DNA of 59,380 bases, the filler included. It is 3 parts of 3 records of this genome, joined end to end, with 100 filler letters (N's around TTAATTAATTAA, not from the genome) between each part and the next. Parts side by side here need not be neighbours in the genome. Positions count along the whole stretch, not along the records: positions 1 to 20,245 come from DRR723986_18289; 2 more parts are not named here. One strand, given 5' to 3'. Positions within the stretch are counted from its first letter, which is position 1; each line of letters opens with the position of its first letter. This document shows positions 1 to 10,500 of this stretch, one piece after another. The position numbers and the translations under genes were made by a program. The notes under the pieces were generated by a model. It was not told the origin of the DNA and ran no database searches. It was given only the letters and a program-made list of their open reading frames with translations.

Positions 1-536
1 CGATTTCGGACGGCACGAGCAACACGATCGCTTACTCCGAGCAGCTCTGCTCTCGCCCTCTAACTTCTGGTGGGCGTGATGGCGCACAGACTCCTCTGAA
101 TGGCGTTCGCTTCAATCAGGCGTACGTCAAAGACATCGGTGGCTTGCGAGCATCTCCTGCAGTTTGCCGTCAGCAGACTGAAGGGCAATTTTTCCGCCAA
201 GGCCTGACTTTCTACGGTCGTCGTGGTATCAGCTACACAGATGGCCAAGCGGCTTACGTCGCGTTCAACACAGTTCTTGGTCCTAACGGTCCTCAGTGTG
301 CTGAAGGCGGTAACTGGGGTGACCAGCAGCACATGCTGCTACCACCATCCAGTAACCACACTGGTGGCGTGAATGCAGCAATGTGTGATGGCAGTGTTCA
401 GTTCTTCGGCAATAGCATCGATACCGGAGATACCACAATCGGTGTTGCTGGACGTTTGCAAGGCCCAAGCCCTTACGGCGTTTGGGGTGCTCTTGGCACA
501 ATTTCTGCGGGCGAAGTTGCAAGCGTTCCCCAATAG
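1..536 (+). CDS. DUF1559 (SBP_bac_10) family protein, C-terminal part, 5'-truncated by window edge
   Basis: Frame open from position 3 reads ISDGTSNTIAYSE and later HTGGVNAAMCDGSVQF (H-X9-DG motif) and GVWGALGT, hallmark planctomycete DUF1559 motifs. Confidence 0.92.
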   Translation, partial: ISDGTSNTIAYSEQLCSRPLTSGGRDGAQTPLNGVRFNQAYVKDIGGLRASPAVCRQQTEGQFFRQGLTFYGRRGISYTDGQAAYVAFNTVLGPNGPQCAEGGNWGDQQHMLLPPSSNHTGGVNAAMCDGSVQFFGNSIDTGDTTIGVAGRLQGPSPYGVWGALGTISAGEVASVPQ

Positions 537-566
537 TGGAACTAATGCTTAAAGCTTAAACTCTAT

Positions 567-605
567 GGCTGGCCTGACACTCATTCGTTGGGCCAGCCTT
601 TTTTT
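567..605 (+). terminator. Rho-independent terminator after DUF1559 gene
   Basis: GGCTGGCC...GGCCAGCC stem followed by T-run. Confidence 0.75.
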
Positions 606-643
606 GTAGACCAAACCTACTTTATTGTGGTGGAGAACAAATT

Positions 644-1129
644 ATGACTCACAAAGTATGCGCCCTATTACTAGCCGCATCGCTCCTTTCTATCGTCGGC
701 TGTGGCGGCGAGAATCGCGAAACTACATACCCTGTCACGGGAAAGCTGACCTACAAAGGTAACGCGGTTGCGGGCGCGAATGTTATCCTTTCACCAAAGA
801 GTGGCGGTGCTCCCGCTACCGCGGTCACCGATGACAATGGTGAATTTAGCGTTGGAACGTACGAGTCTGGCGATGGTGCTGTTCCTGGTGAGTACACGGT
901 AACTGTCAACAAGTACGACACACCTGCGGAGCCTGCTGCTGAAGGAGGTAGTGCAGATAGTATCTACGCGGGTGATGATGAAGACGATGAGATGGATGAC
1001 TACGACGGAGCAGAAGACGTGGCAGAGGCAAAGAATGAGCTTCCTGCCAAGTACGCGCAAGCGGGCAACTCAGGGCTGTCCCATACAGTGACCGAAGGGC
1101 CAACAACGCTGACTCTAGAACTCGAGTAG
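644..1129 (+). CDS. Carboxypeptidase-regulatory-like domain lipoprotein (typical DUF1559 partner)
   Basis: Lipobox IVGC; motifs PVTGKLTYKG, ATAVTDDNGEF, GAVPGEYTVTV, LPAKY; GGAG RBS upstream. Confidence 0.88.
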   Translation: MTHKVCALLLAASLLSIVGCGGENRETTYPVTGKLTYKGNAVAGANVILSPKSGGAPATAVTDDNGEFSVGTYESGDGAVPGEYTVTVNKYDTPAEPAAEGGSADSIYAGDDEDDEMDDYDGAEDVAEAKNELPAKYAQAGNSGLSHTVTEGPTTLTLELE

Positions 1130-1166
1130 GCGTCGTCCTCTCACAACTTGAGAAGCTAAATAAACG

Positions 1167-1196
1167 ATGCGTCGTGGTGATCCGCGACGCATTTTT
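1167..1196 (+). terminator. Rho-independent terminator
   Basis: ATGCGTCGTGG-TGAT-CCGCGACGCAT followed by TTTT. Confidence 0.7.
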
Positions 1197-1373
1197 CATG
1201 CGCGGTACGCACCGCCAATAATGCGTAGAAACCGCTGGTAAGTTGCGGGGTTTACGCAGTATCTAGCAATCCCAGCACCTTGTCTTATTGTGATGCCTTG
1301 AGTCTACCGATGAATGCCCTGAAGCTTGGCAACCAGCCAGTGAATGAAACCACGGTCTCAGCAGGCAATTTGA

Positions 1374-1655
1374 ATGGCAATTTTCAACGATGTTGAGAAT
1401 GTTCGGCATTACATCTCGGCAGAACTAGCCCGCTTTGGTGCTGGTGAGCCTGGTGGGCTGAATGAATCATTGTTGATTCAGGGCGGGCTCTTTTGCGGAC
1501 GCAAGTTCGCAATCGCGGGCTACACCGCCGTGTGGTTCATCGAGGAAGACGAGATCAAGTTCTATGCACCGTGCGGAGATCTGCTTGCCACCGAAATCGC
1601 CAGCCAGGGCGTAGCTTCCTTCTTAAACGCGACCCAAACGCGACGTGCCGCCTAA
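1374..1655 (+). CDS. Small hypothetical protein (planctomycete-type)
   Basis: 93-aa ATG-initiated ORF, protein-like composition, ESLLIQGGLFCGRKF...AVWFIEEDEIKFY, ends RRAA. Confidence 0.7.
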   Translation: MAIFNDVENVRHYISAELARFGAGEPGGLNESLLIQGGLFCGRKFAIAGYTAVWFIEEDEIKFYAPCGDLLATEIASQGVASFLNATQTRRAA

Positions 1656-2078
1656 CCGCAGCTCAGTTATTAGCACGACGCACCACGGCTTCCCGCAGAA
1701 CTGGCGGTTTGCCGCAGAATCGCTCTAGCAATGGCCGATTTCGGGCTCAGTCTAGGAGTGGTTAGTCCACGTGCCGTTGACTCACGGCACACCGCCTAGC
1801 TGCAAAGATGCTAGCTGCCGACCAGGTTCAGCAGCCTCCAAGTTTGCTGCGCATCGGCGTTGCCAAACAGGCGTTGCACATCCCCGTGATGGCGGTGTTG
1901 CCCATTCCTGTGATGTCGGTGCAAGTTGTGCTATCAAATTCGCGGCGGCAGAGTAAGAATTCTTGCCGGTGATGGTCAAACAGCTTGTGGTGAGTGGTAA
2001 CGGGGCCAACTCGGACGACGGGTAGGCCTCGGAAGAGCAGAAAGCTCGCAAGAACAATTAGCGTTGAGGGAAAAGCAA

Positions 2079-3605
2079 GTGAACTATCGCCAGATGCTCG
2101 AGCCACTTGATGAATACAACAAAGTGCTCGAGTCGAACGTGCATCCCGGAGACTGGCAAAACCCAACTCCTACTGGACGATACAACTTGGTCGTCATTGG
2201 CGCGGGAACAGCAGGCTTGGTAGCTGCTGCCGGAGCCGCGGGGCTGGGGGCGAAGGTCGCCCTAATCGAGCGTTCTTTGATGGGAGGCGATTGTCTGAAT
2301 GTAGGTTGCGTCCCATCCAAGGCACTCCTCGCAAGTGCGCATGCAGTAGGGCATATCAGAGGGGCTTCCGACTTGGGCATTCAATCGCAAGGCGTGGATG
2401 TTGATTTTGCGGACGTCATGCAGCGGATGCGGCGACTGCGCAGTGACATTAGCCCTCATGATTCGGCAGAGCGGTTTCGTTCGCTGGGCATCGATGTGTA
2501 TCTGGGCGACGCGGCCTTTACTGGTCCAAAGTCCATTGCGGTAGACGGGCAGGAGCTGAGTTTCAGTAAGGCAGTCGTTGCAACAGGTGGACGTGCGGCG
2601 GCACCTGATATCGACGGCTATTCCGATATCAACGCGCTGACCAATGAAACTCTATTCTCTTTGACTGAGCTGCCCGAGAGCTTGGTCGTGGTGGGGGGAG
2701 GGCCAATTGGCGTTGAGATGGCCCAGTCGTTTAATCAGTTCGGATCAAAGGTCACGCTACTAGAAGCTTCTGGTCACATTCTTTCACGCGAGGATTCTGA
2801 CGCGGCAAAGATCGTACAGCAGCGGTTGATAGATGAGGGCGTGAACATCATTACCGGTGCTCGTGTTGAGGCGTTTCGTATGTCCGGTGAGCAACGGGAG
2901 ACGACCTTCCGGCCCTCAGGAGCTGAACGCGACGTGCAAACCGTTACATCGTCACAGGTGTTGATGGCGATAGGCAGAAAGCCGAACGTTGTCGGTCTTG
3001 GGTTGGAGGCTGCTGGCATTGAGTTTGACGAGCGGGCTGGCGTCCACGTTAACGATCGCCTCCAGTCGACGAATCCACGTGTGTATGCCGCTGGTGATGT
3101 TGCATCCAAGTACAAATTCACTCATGCAGCCGACTTCATGTCCAGGAGCGTGATACAGAACGCGCTGTTCGGCGGGCGGAAAAAGGTAAGTAGCCTAATT
3201 ATTCCGTGGGCTACATACACGTCGCCTGAGCTGGCGCAAGTCGGCCTGACCGCCAAAGGTGCAAAAGAAGCTGGTATCGACATCGACACCTACACGCAAA
3301 ATTTTTCTGGGGTCGACCGAGCGATCTTGGAAGGAGACACAGAGGGATTTGTGCGTGCTCACGTGCGACGGGGGACGGACAAAATCGTTGGAGCCACCGT
3401 TGTTGGGGCTGGTGCGGGCGACATGATTACCACTTTGACCCTGGCCATGACAAATGGTATCGGTCTGGGAAAGATTGGTGCAACCATCTCCCCTTATCCA
3501 ACGCGGGCCGAAGCGATCCGGAAGCTTGGGGATCAGTACAACAAGACGCGGCTAACCCCGACAGTGGCGAAAGCCTTTTCGGCCTGGCTGAAGTGGACGC
3601 GGTAA
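2079..3605 (+). CDS. Class I pyridine nucleotide-disulfide oxidoreductase (mercuric reductase/Lpd-like)
   Basis: GAGTAG FAD motif, redox-active GGDCLNVGCVPSK, GGGPIG NAD motif, VYAAGD; GTG start at 2079 after GAGG; no C-terminal Cys-Cys pair. Confidence 0.9.
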   Translation: MNYRQMLEPLDEYNKVLESNVHPGDWQNPTPTGRYNLVVIGAGTAGLVAAAGAAGLGAKVALIERSLMGGDCLNVGCVPSKALLASAHAVGHIRGASDLGIQSQGVDVDFADVMQRMRRLRSDISPHDSAERFRSLGIDVYLGDAAFTGPKSIAVDGQELSFSKAVVATGGRAAAPDIDGYSDINALTNETLFSLTELPESLVVVGGGPIGVEMAQSFNQFGSKVTLLEASGHILSREDSDAAKIVQQRLIDEGVNIITGARVEAFRMSGEQRETTFRPSGAERDVQTVTSSQVLMAIGRKPNVVGLGLEAAGIEFDERAGVHVNDRLQSTNPRVYAAGDVASKYKFTHAADFMSRSVIQNALFGGRKKVSSLIIPWATYTSPELAQVGLTAKGAKEAGIDIDTYTQNFSGVDRAILEGDTEGFVRAHVRRGTDKIVGATVVGAGAGDMITTLTLAMTNGIGLGKIGATISPYPTRAEAIRKLGDQYNKTRLTPTVAKAFSAWLKWTR

Positions 3606-3614
3606 CATGCCGCG

Positions 3615-4766
3615 CTACCAAATTTTCTTGACCGAACGGTTGCTGCGTTCGCGTTTAGCTGTCGGAATGGAGAACTGAATCCGCGTGCAAGTTGAATCGC
3701 AGGCGCGTGTTTCATCGACGATATCGATCGTTCCACCGACAGCTTTGGCAATGCCCAAGCACGAATGCCAAAGGGCGCTGATTAGCAAGTTCTGCCCAAC
3801 AGCCTCGAATAGCGGGCTAACATCAATGTTCATCGAGGTGTCAAATTGCAACAACGCGTTTGTTGAGTCTTCTTCCAGGGAAACGCGGACGATCCCGGCG
3901 CCGATGACGGTCAATAGTTCTGCGATGCAGTCGATCAGTGCGGTAAACTGCTCAGGCTGAATATAGGCGTGTACCGCGGCCGGTTTGCGGGCAAGTTCAA
4001 ACGAGACTCGGTCGTCGACGCTGATCAAGTGGCGATTGGCTAGCTCCCACAAATCAATGCGTGCAGGCTCGGAATCGAGCTCCGTGAACTGCCCCTTGAT
4101 CTTCGTGATCAGTTCTTTCGTTTTTGCCGTTGCGGCCCCAAGAGTGTCCTTGAGTGATTCGAGCGACTCCGCATCCAGTGTCTGTGATTTGAGTTTGATT
4201 AATATCACATCCACCAAGTTCTGGGTCACACCAATAGGCTGGCAGATGTCGTGGATGAATGTGGAGAGCCAGGTTGCGGTAGCCAGCGATCGCGCGTTGT
4301 CCCCCTGATTTGCGGCGCATTCCGTTACGACTTCTTCGGCGACTGGTGAGCCGGTTGTGATCGGCCCGCGTCGTAAGAAAGTATAACGTTGCCCTGCAAC
4401 GGAAAAACCAAAGGCTTCGACGATTGCCTCAGTTGGAGCATTGCCGTTACCACGCGGCACGCCAAATCGAACCCCAGCCGGCAAATGGCATTGCAGGTCA
4501 GAACCGTTCTCAACCAGGGCTGGAAACTCGAGTTGCTCAAGCTTGGGAACCAACGGTTTGGCCAACTCTTCTAGGCTTGCCGCGTCACTGCCAGCGTGAA
4601 GTACACAATTCCAGTGCTGGTCATACTTCAGCAAGGCTCCACTGCCATACCGAGTGCTGTTCAACAGAAGCTGTGCTGCTTGTGGATGAATCATGGGCGG
4701 CTGATCGGGCAATGTCGATTCCCTGCGGACGGTCGCCCCCGCGTCTGCGTACCTATGTTGAATCAC
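3615..4766 (-). CDS. Histidine-kinase-like protein with HisKA box and degenerate ATPase domain
   Basis: H-box-like FIHDICQPIG followed by helical hairpin and HATPase-like tail (GIAKAVGGTIDI...TRIQFSIP); no recognisable N/G boxes; start uncertain. Confidence 0.55.
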   Translation of the reverse strand: MIQHRYADAGATVRRESTLPDQPPMIHPQAAQLLLNSTRYGSGALLKYDQHWNCVLHAGSDAASLEELAKPLVPKLEQLEFPALVENGSDLQCHLPAGVRFGVPRGNGNAPTEAIVEAFGFSVAGQRYTFLRRGPITTGSPVAEEVVTECAANQGDNARSLATATWLSTFIHDICQPIGVTQNLVDVILIKLKSQTLDAESLESLKDTLGAATAKTKELITKIKGQFTELDSEPARIDLWELANRHLISVDDRVSFELARKPAAVHAYIQPEQFTALIDCIAELLTVIGAGIVRVSLEEDSTNALLQFDTSMNIDVSPLFEAVGQNLLISALWHSCLGIAKAVGGTIDIVDETRACDSTCTRIQFSIPTAKRERSNRSVKKIW

Positions 4767-5176
4767 GACACTGGTTGGGGCAACATAAGCTGAATCGTTC
4801 AGCTAGCCGTGTTTCGGATTATATCCAGTTCTGTCATCGCCCATTGAACGGCAACGAAGATTGGCGAACGTGCGCCATCCGGGAAAGCATTGTCTGAAAT
4901 CTTGCGATGGTCCGCAAAAACCGAAATGCCAGCAACATGAAACAGTTGAGAAGCTGCGTTGAATGGGATGAAGGCGGCAAGTGAAGAAAGGATGCGGAGT
5001 GGTGGAGCGTGTGTATCTGGCGAGGCTATGCTCGGGACAACTCCTCCACCCTGTTGCGGTCCGTCGGGTTGACTGCAGTGTCATCAAAAGCGACGCCGAT
5101 AGCTGTAATCTGGCAAGACAAGTTGCTGCCAATCTGCTTCGAATCCATCCGCGAAAAGCTAGCTGTAGAGTCTTAG

Positions 5177-6031
5177 ATGTCACAGGCCGCAAGTTCTCAA
5201 TCTGATTCATCACAGCACCTGCAATCGCAGCCGTCGCCGATTGTCGCCAGTGCGAGCAAGGCTACCAGCAATCAGGTCAGTTCGCGCGAAAAGGAACTGT
5301 TGGAAAGGATCGAGTTGCTCGAGCGGCAACTGCGTTCAACGTCGCGAATGGCCACAATTGGTGAGTTGGCAAGCACGACGACGCATGAGTTCAATAACTT
5401 GCTGATGACGGTTGTAAACTACGCGCGGCTTGGAATGCGTCACAAGGACGAAGCGTCGCGTGACAAGGCGTTCACTCGAATCAACGATGCGGCAAACAAA
5501 GCAACTCGAGTGGCAGGAAGTGTTCTGGCTCTATCGCGGAACAAACAGGCGCAGCACGGCCCCACCAGCTTGGCAAAGGTTGTCGAAAACGCACACTTGT
5601 TGCTCGAACGAGAATTTAAAAAGTATCGCGTCACCCTAGAGCTGAATTGCTCCGAGACGCCAGACATTCAAGGCGACGAGAACGAGCTTCAGCGTCTGTT
5701 GCTCAATTTACTGGTGAATGCCCGGCAGGCAACTGATGAAGGTGGCTGCGTTACGGTAGCTTTGCAGTTCGATGCATCGACTGCAGAAGCAGTGCTGTCG
5801 GTGCAGGATACTGGCAAGGGGATACCGTCAGATCAACTGCCAAAGATCTTTGATCCATTCTTCACCACCAAATCTGGTCCCGACGCCTCCGGCAAAGGCG
5901 GAACGGGAGTGGGGCTTTCAGCTTGCAAAGAGACAATCGACAATCACGCTGGCCGTGTTCGTGTCGAGAGCACTGTTGGTCGAGGAACGAAGTTCACGAT
6001 TCGGTTCCCAATCATCACAGAAACCAAGTAA
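5177..6031 (+). CDS. Cytoplasmic histidine kinase with no sensor domain
   Basis: H-box THEFNNLL, N-box NLLVNARQA, G1 DTGKGI, F-box IFDPFFTTK, G2 GTGVGLS. Confidence 0.93.
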   Translation: MSQAASSQSDSSQHLQSQPSPIVASASKATSNQVSSREKELLERIELLERQLRSTSRMATIGELASTTTHEFNNLLMTVVNYARLGMRHKDEASRDKAFTRINDAANKATRVAGSVLALSRNKQAQHGPTSLAKVVENAHLLLEREFKKYRVTLELNCSETPDIQGDENELQRLLLNLLVNARQATDEGGCVTVALQFDASTAEAVLSVQDTGKGIPSDQLPKIFDPFFTTKSGPDASGKGGTGVGLSACKETIDNHAGRVRVESTVGRGTKFTIRFPIITETK

Positions 6032-6073
6032 ACGCTTGTGCAGCGTTTTGTTCTGGGGGCGTACTCGAACGCA

Positions 6074-7504
6074 CTATCTCTTCTTGCCACGATACCACCG
6101 TGCCAGACGTGCGGGCGATACGCCGAAGCGGTAGCCCAGTATGATCGCCTGATTGATCATCGTCGTCCTCAGGTAGCCTTTCTTTCTCCAGCGACGGTCC
6201 GATGTCGCGACCTGACCGTCAAGCAACCGAACCTTGCCAAGACGACTAGCTCGACGCGACATTTCATAGTCTTCCATCAGCGGCATGTCGGGAAATCCAC
6301 CGAGTGCATCGAAATCATCCCGGCGGAACGTCATTGCTTGGTCACCGTAGGGCAGTCGTAGAATACGCGTTCGCCAGTCGACCAGTTTTTCTATTCCGCG
6401 AGCTAGGCGACGGCGCGAATCGATCTGCAAACGAAATGCGACAAGCGAAGTGCTCGGATCACTCAACGAATCGCGAATCATTTCACCTGCCCCCGTCGGC
6501 AACACGGTATCTGCGTGGAGAAAACAGATGCATTCGCCGGTCGCAAATTGCCTGCCCAGGTTCATTTGTTGGCCACGGCCAGGCTTCGACTCAATAAAGA
6601 CGGCACGCGACTCAATGGCCTGCCGACGCGTTTCTTTGGTTTCTCCTGCCGCGACGATAATGACCTCAGCATCGCCTGCAATCGCCGAGGCAATGGAGTC
6701 AGTGAGTTGTGGTTCGAAATTGAAGACAGGGATCACGACTGTTAGGTCAGTTTGCTTCTTCGCTGTAAACTCTGAAGCAGGAAGCCGCTCGATCGCTTCC
6801 CAAATCGCTACATCCTCTGGGCGGTCTACGTCGTCCATCGACGGCAGCAATGAATATCGAAGTTCGGCCGCTTCGATTCTGTCGAGTGTTTGATTAAGGA
6901 CACGCTCCGAACCCCAGTCGATCGAATCGAAGATGATGTTTTCGATTTTGACCTGCGAAGCGTGGGTTGCCTGAGGCGTGTCGCTGAGCGAATCAGGGGG
7001 GGAGGCAATTGGCGAACGTTGGGCGTCTTTTCCGAGCCGCATTCCCAAGAGCACGTATCCGCCGTCCGTTGCTGGGGCAATGCAAACGTCGCTGTGAAGT
7101 AGATGGGATTGAGACTGTGCCAGACAGTCAACGTCGATTGCAGGGCAGTCCGTTCCAACGAAGATAGCTGCTGCGTAGCCTAGCTGTCGCAATTCTTCTG
7201 ATGCGGCCACCAGACGATCCCCAAGATCGCCTTCTTCCTGAGCTCGATATTTCCACTCCGCGCCATAGAGCTGTGCCATCTTTTCGCAATCGGCACCCGC
7301 GACAAAAACAACGCAGTCCATGCCGAGAACCTGCCCCGCAGCTTGAGCTGTGCGGAGTAGGTGTCGAGTCATTGCTTCTTGGATGGCTGCAGCTTGCTCG
7401 GCAGATAGCTCTCCTATCAACCGAGTCTTACACTTCCCTGGTTCGGGATACTTTGCGAATACAGCAAGGCAAGCTCGCTCGCCGACGGACGGATCTTCAG
7501 ACAC
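6074..7504 (-). CDS. Fused TIGR04282 (DUF2064) + TIGR04283 (GT2-like) glycosyltransferase, arsenosugar-biosynthesis-associated families
   Basis: N-half: FAKYPEPGKCKTRL, GDLGDRL, GTDCP, DGGYVLLG, DVDRPED. C-half: VVIPVFN, GRGQQMN, FLHADT, LPYGDQ, GGFPDMPLMED, TSDRRW. Confidence 0.88.
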   Translation of the reverse strand: MSEDPSVGERACLAVFAKYPEPGKCKTRLIGELSAEQAAAIQEAMTRHLLRTAQAAGQVLGMDCVVFVAGADCEKMAQLYGAEWKYRAQEEGDLGDRLVAASEELRQLGYAAAIFVGTDCPAIDVDCLAQSQSHLLHSDVCIAPATDGGYVLLGMRLGKDAQRSPIASPPDSLSDTPQATHASQVKIENIIFDSIDWGSERVLNQTLDRIEAAELRYSLLPSMDDVDRPEDVAIWEAIERLPASEFTAKKQTDLTVVIPVFNFEPQLTDSIASAIAGDAEVIIVAAGETKETRRQAIESRAVFIESKPGRGQQMNLGRQFATGECICFLHADTVLPTGAGEMIRDSLSDPSTSLVAFRLQIDSRRRLARGIEKLVDWRTRILRLPYGDQAMTFRRDDFDALGGFPDMPLMEDYEMSRRASRLGKVRLLDGQVATSDRRWRKKGYLRTTMINQAIILGYRFGVSPARLARWYRGKKR

Positions 7505-7526
7505 AATGCTCGGCTAAACAGCGGTA

Positions 7527-10500
7527 CTAGCGGGATTTATAGTGAACGACGGGTTGTGGTGGCCGCGGCGCGTCGGTAGCCAGAAACTTGAAGTTTCGCG
7601 TGTCGATATCCACGCTAAAGGAGCCTTCTGCGGGCATGGACCTGCACACGATGGATGGAGCGGTTCGATTGGTCAAGTTCTTGAATGAAGCAGCAAAACC
7701 AAGTGTTCCGTCACGCATGTCGATAATGGCCAAGTTGATGAGGCGTGATTTTTCATTGTAGAAATAGGTTACCGCGTACGGTGTATTGCGAGGCTGGATG
7801 CGAGGGAACTCCATGTTGAAAAGCTCCGCGGGCTGTGACCAAGCCAATTCCTGGGTGTTGAGGTCAATTGCATACACAAAACCGTGAATCGGCTGCCTGT
7901 CATCAGGCTCGGCTGTCGGTCGGTAGAGAGCAACTTCACGATACGGCTTTTCCCGGTCGGAGGCGTTTGACATCACCAGCAGACTATCCCCTAGCCTTTC
8001 GACCGTGACGGAATCGATCTTCTCATTCGTCTCCACGTTAAACGATTTCAAAGCGTCGTCACCATGCTCGTCTATCGCATCTAGATCCAGCAGGTGCAGT
8101 TTGTTGTCTGGGCTGACGATCGTGGCATAACGACGCCCGTGAACATCTGCGCGGCTTCCTACAACCAGCGGAATTTGAAGATGTTGTTTTCCAGTAAACG
8201 GATTCCACGCCACCAGATCGATCGGTTCCTCAAGAAGACCTCCTGAGCCGTCGTAGCGCCTCTGGTAATCAAGTAAATACTTGCCTTTGACGAGCCATGG
8301 GGTGTTATCTGCAATTCCTTTGACTTTATCGATTAATGTCCCGTCACGCGCGTCTAGCACGGTGGTGTTACCCTCGTGTACCGACACTGCCAATCTCTCG
8401 CCATCAACCGCAAAACGAACATTGCCCTGGATGTCAGAACGGCTCCAAAGCGTTTTCCCTGTCCAGGGATCAAGCATCAGCGTCTTGTTGGCCAATTGCA
8501 GTGGCAGTCCATATTCGGTCAATTGCCCGACGACGGCAATTTGCTGTTGAGGCAAGCTGCGTTTCCCAGAAGCCTGGCCGAGCTTGTTCCGGCCCCAAGT
8601 AACAGTCGAAGGCTCAAAGCGGCCCGAGTTTCGAAGCGAAAGTCGCCAAAGCATTGAATCGGCACGGACCTCAAGCGCCCGCTGGATGTCAAAGGCAGCA
8701 ACTTCTGTCAGAGTCTCGACCAACAGCAGCCCTCCGTGGATGGTAGCACGGCTGAACGCCACATTGCTGTTGTCCAGATCGCGGACGAAGGGAGGTCGTG
8801 CAACCATTTCCCCATTCGCGTTGTAAAGAACCAACGACTGGCTATGAATGGCGACTGTCACTGGGCGGCGGCCGAATCGCTGTGACTCTTGTCGCACGAC
8901 TGAACCATATTGATAGTGCTGCGAGCCAATGCTGTCTTCCAGCCTGCCACTTGGCCACTGGATCTTCAAATCAGCGAGTTGCTCACGAATCAGGGCCTCT
9001 TCTTCGACGGGCTGCGTGGTTGCTTGCAGGCGGTTGTGAACCATTTCACCAATCGGAGTAAGTTTCCGAAACTCGCCATTGCAAGGAGTTGCCAACAGGG
9101 ATTTCACTTCTGTGGCAATCTGTTCATCAGGCGAGGAAAGCAATGGAATCAAGAACGACTCCGCACGCGTGAATTCTCCAAGCTTCTGCAGGTCGCGTGC
9201 AAGTCGCAGAATGGCTCCGTGAGCGGCAGGGATTGAGGTGAAGTAATTCAGCAACTTCTGACGTTTGTAAATACTTGCACCAGCAAGGCCCGGTAGCCTC
9301 TGGCTGATTAGTTCGTCGACGTCCTGGCGATCGGTGTCGTTGAGTTTCGAGTAGACACGCACTAGGTTGGTTCGAATCCATGTCTCGTGGTCTACACGAT
9401 GACTTTCGTCAAGCTGTGCGTATGTTTCAACCGCCGATCGTGGGGCTGGAGTGTCGGGAAGCTGGTCGTCGAGCATCTGGAGCAACCGTGAGATGCCCTC
9501 TCGGTACATTCCAGTTGCCATGTCGCCTTCGACGATGCGCCGCAGATACTTGAACCGCTGCTCCTCTGAAACAAGATGCTCGAACTCTTCTGCAATTGGA
9601 CGGAACGCAGAATAGTCATCGTCCAGGCCATCGAGAATGGCTTGGATAAGGTTGTAAGCTGACTCGCTGTTTCCAGGGGCAATGTCGAGAGCTTGACGCA
9701 AGAGCTGAATTGCCTGCGTCGGATCGTCGTTAGCAAGTGCGACCTGGGCACGCCGATTGAGCTGCTGGAAGGAAGGATTTTCAGCATCCAAGTCTTCCTC
9801 AAGAGCTTCGCGCGTGAAATAAGCATTGACGCTACTTTCGTTGACAACTAGCAACTGCCCCTTGTATGCAAAGAGGTTGCCAAGTCGACGATCAACTTGC
9901 ACTTCTTCGAGCGTCTCCCCCGTGGAGGTCTTCACTCTCGCAACGCGACGGTCGCTCAGAGGTAGCAGCATCTCGTCGCCCATCCAGATACCGCGACCGA
10001 CCAAGTGGCTGTCGTTTGGGAATTCGGCGCCGATTCGCGTACGACGGTTTTGCAGTGAGAAACCGACGGTCCGCTGCTCAGCAACAACGATCACTTCTCC
10101 GTCGTGAATACCACCAATGTAGCGAGCACGATTTCGAGAATTTCCAGGCAGCACGAGTCGGCCCGATATTAGGTCATAAGCGAATAGTTTCTCTGTCTCC
10201 GACGGAGTGAAAGCGACGTAACCCTCTCCAACCACGATCCGAGAGTCTTGCCACCCGACCTCATTCAGCCTTCTTGGTTGGCTAGCACTCTGTCTCCCTC
10301 GAAAAGTAGCCTGCTGCATTTCGTTGTAAACATTCGCCCACAAGAATTGCCGTGTCGTCAGGTCGACAGCAACAACAGCTCCGCGACCGGTCGGACAAAT
10401 TACTACGCCGTCGGAGATGGTTGGTGAAAGTGCTTGTTTTCCGACTGATGAATTGCCGAACCCTCTTGGCAGCGAGTTGCATAGTTGCTGCCGCCATAGC

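Noticed and set aside
2079-3605. True mercuric reductase merA
   Set aside because: No C-terminal Cys-Cys, no NmerA domain, no mer operon genes
5111-5126. Sigma-54 promoter TGGCAAGACAAGTTGC before the kinase
   Set aside because: GG-to-GC spacing is one base too long
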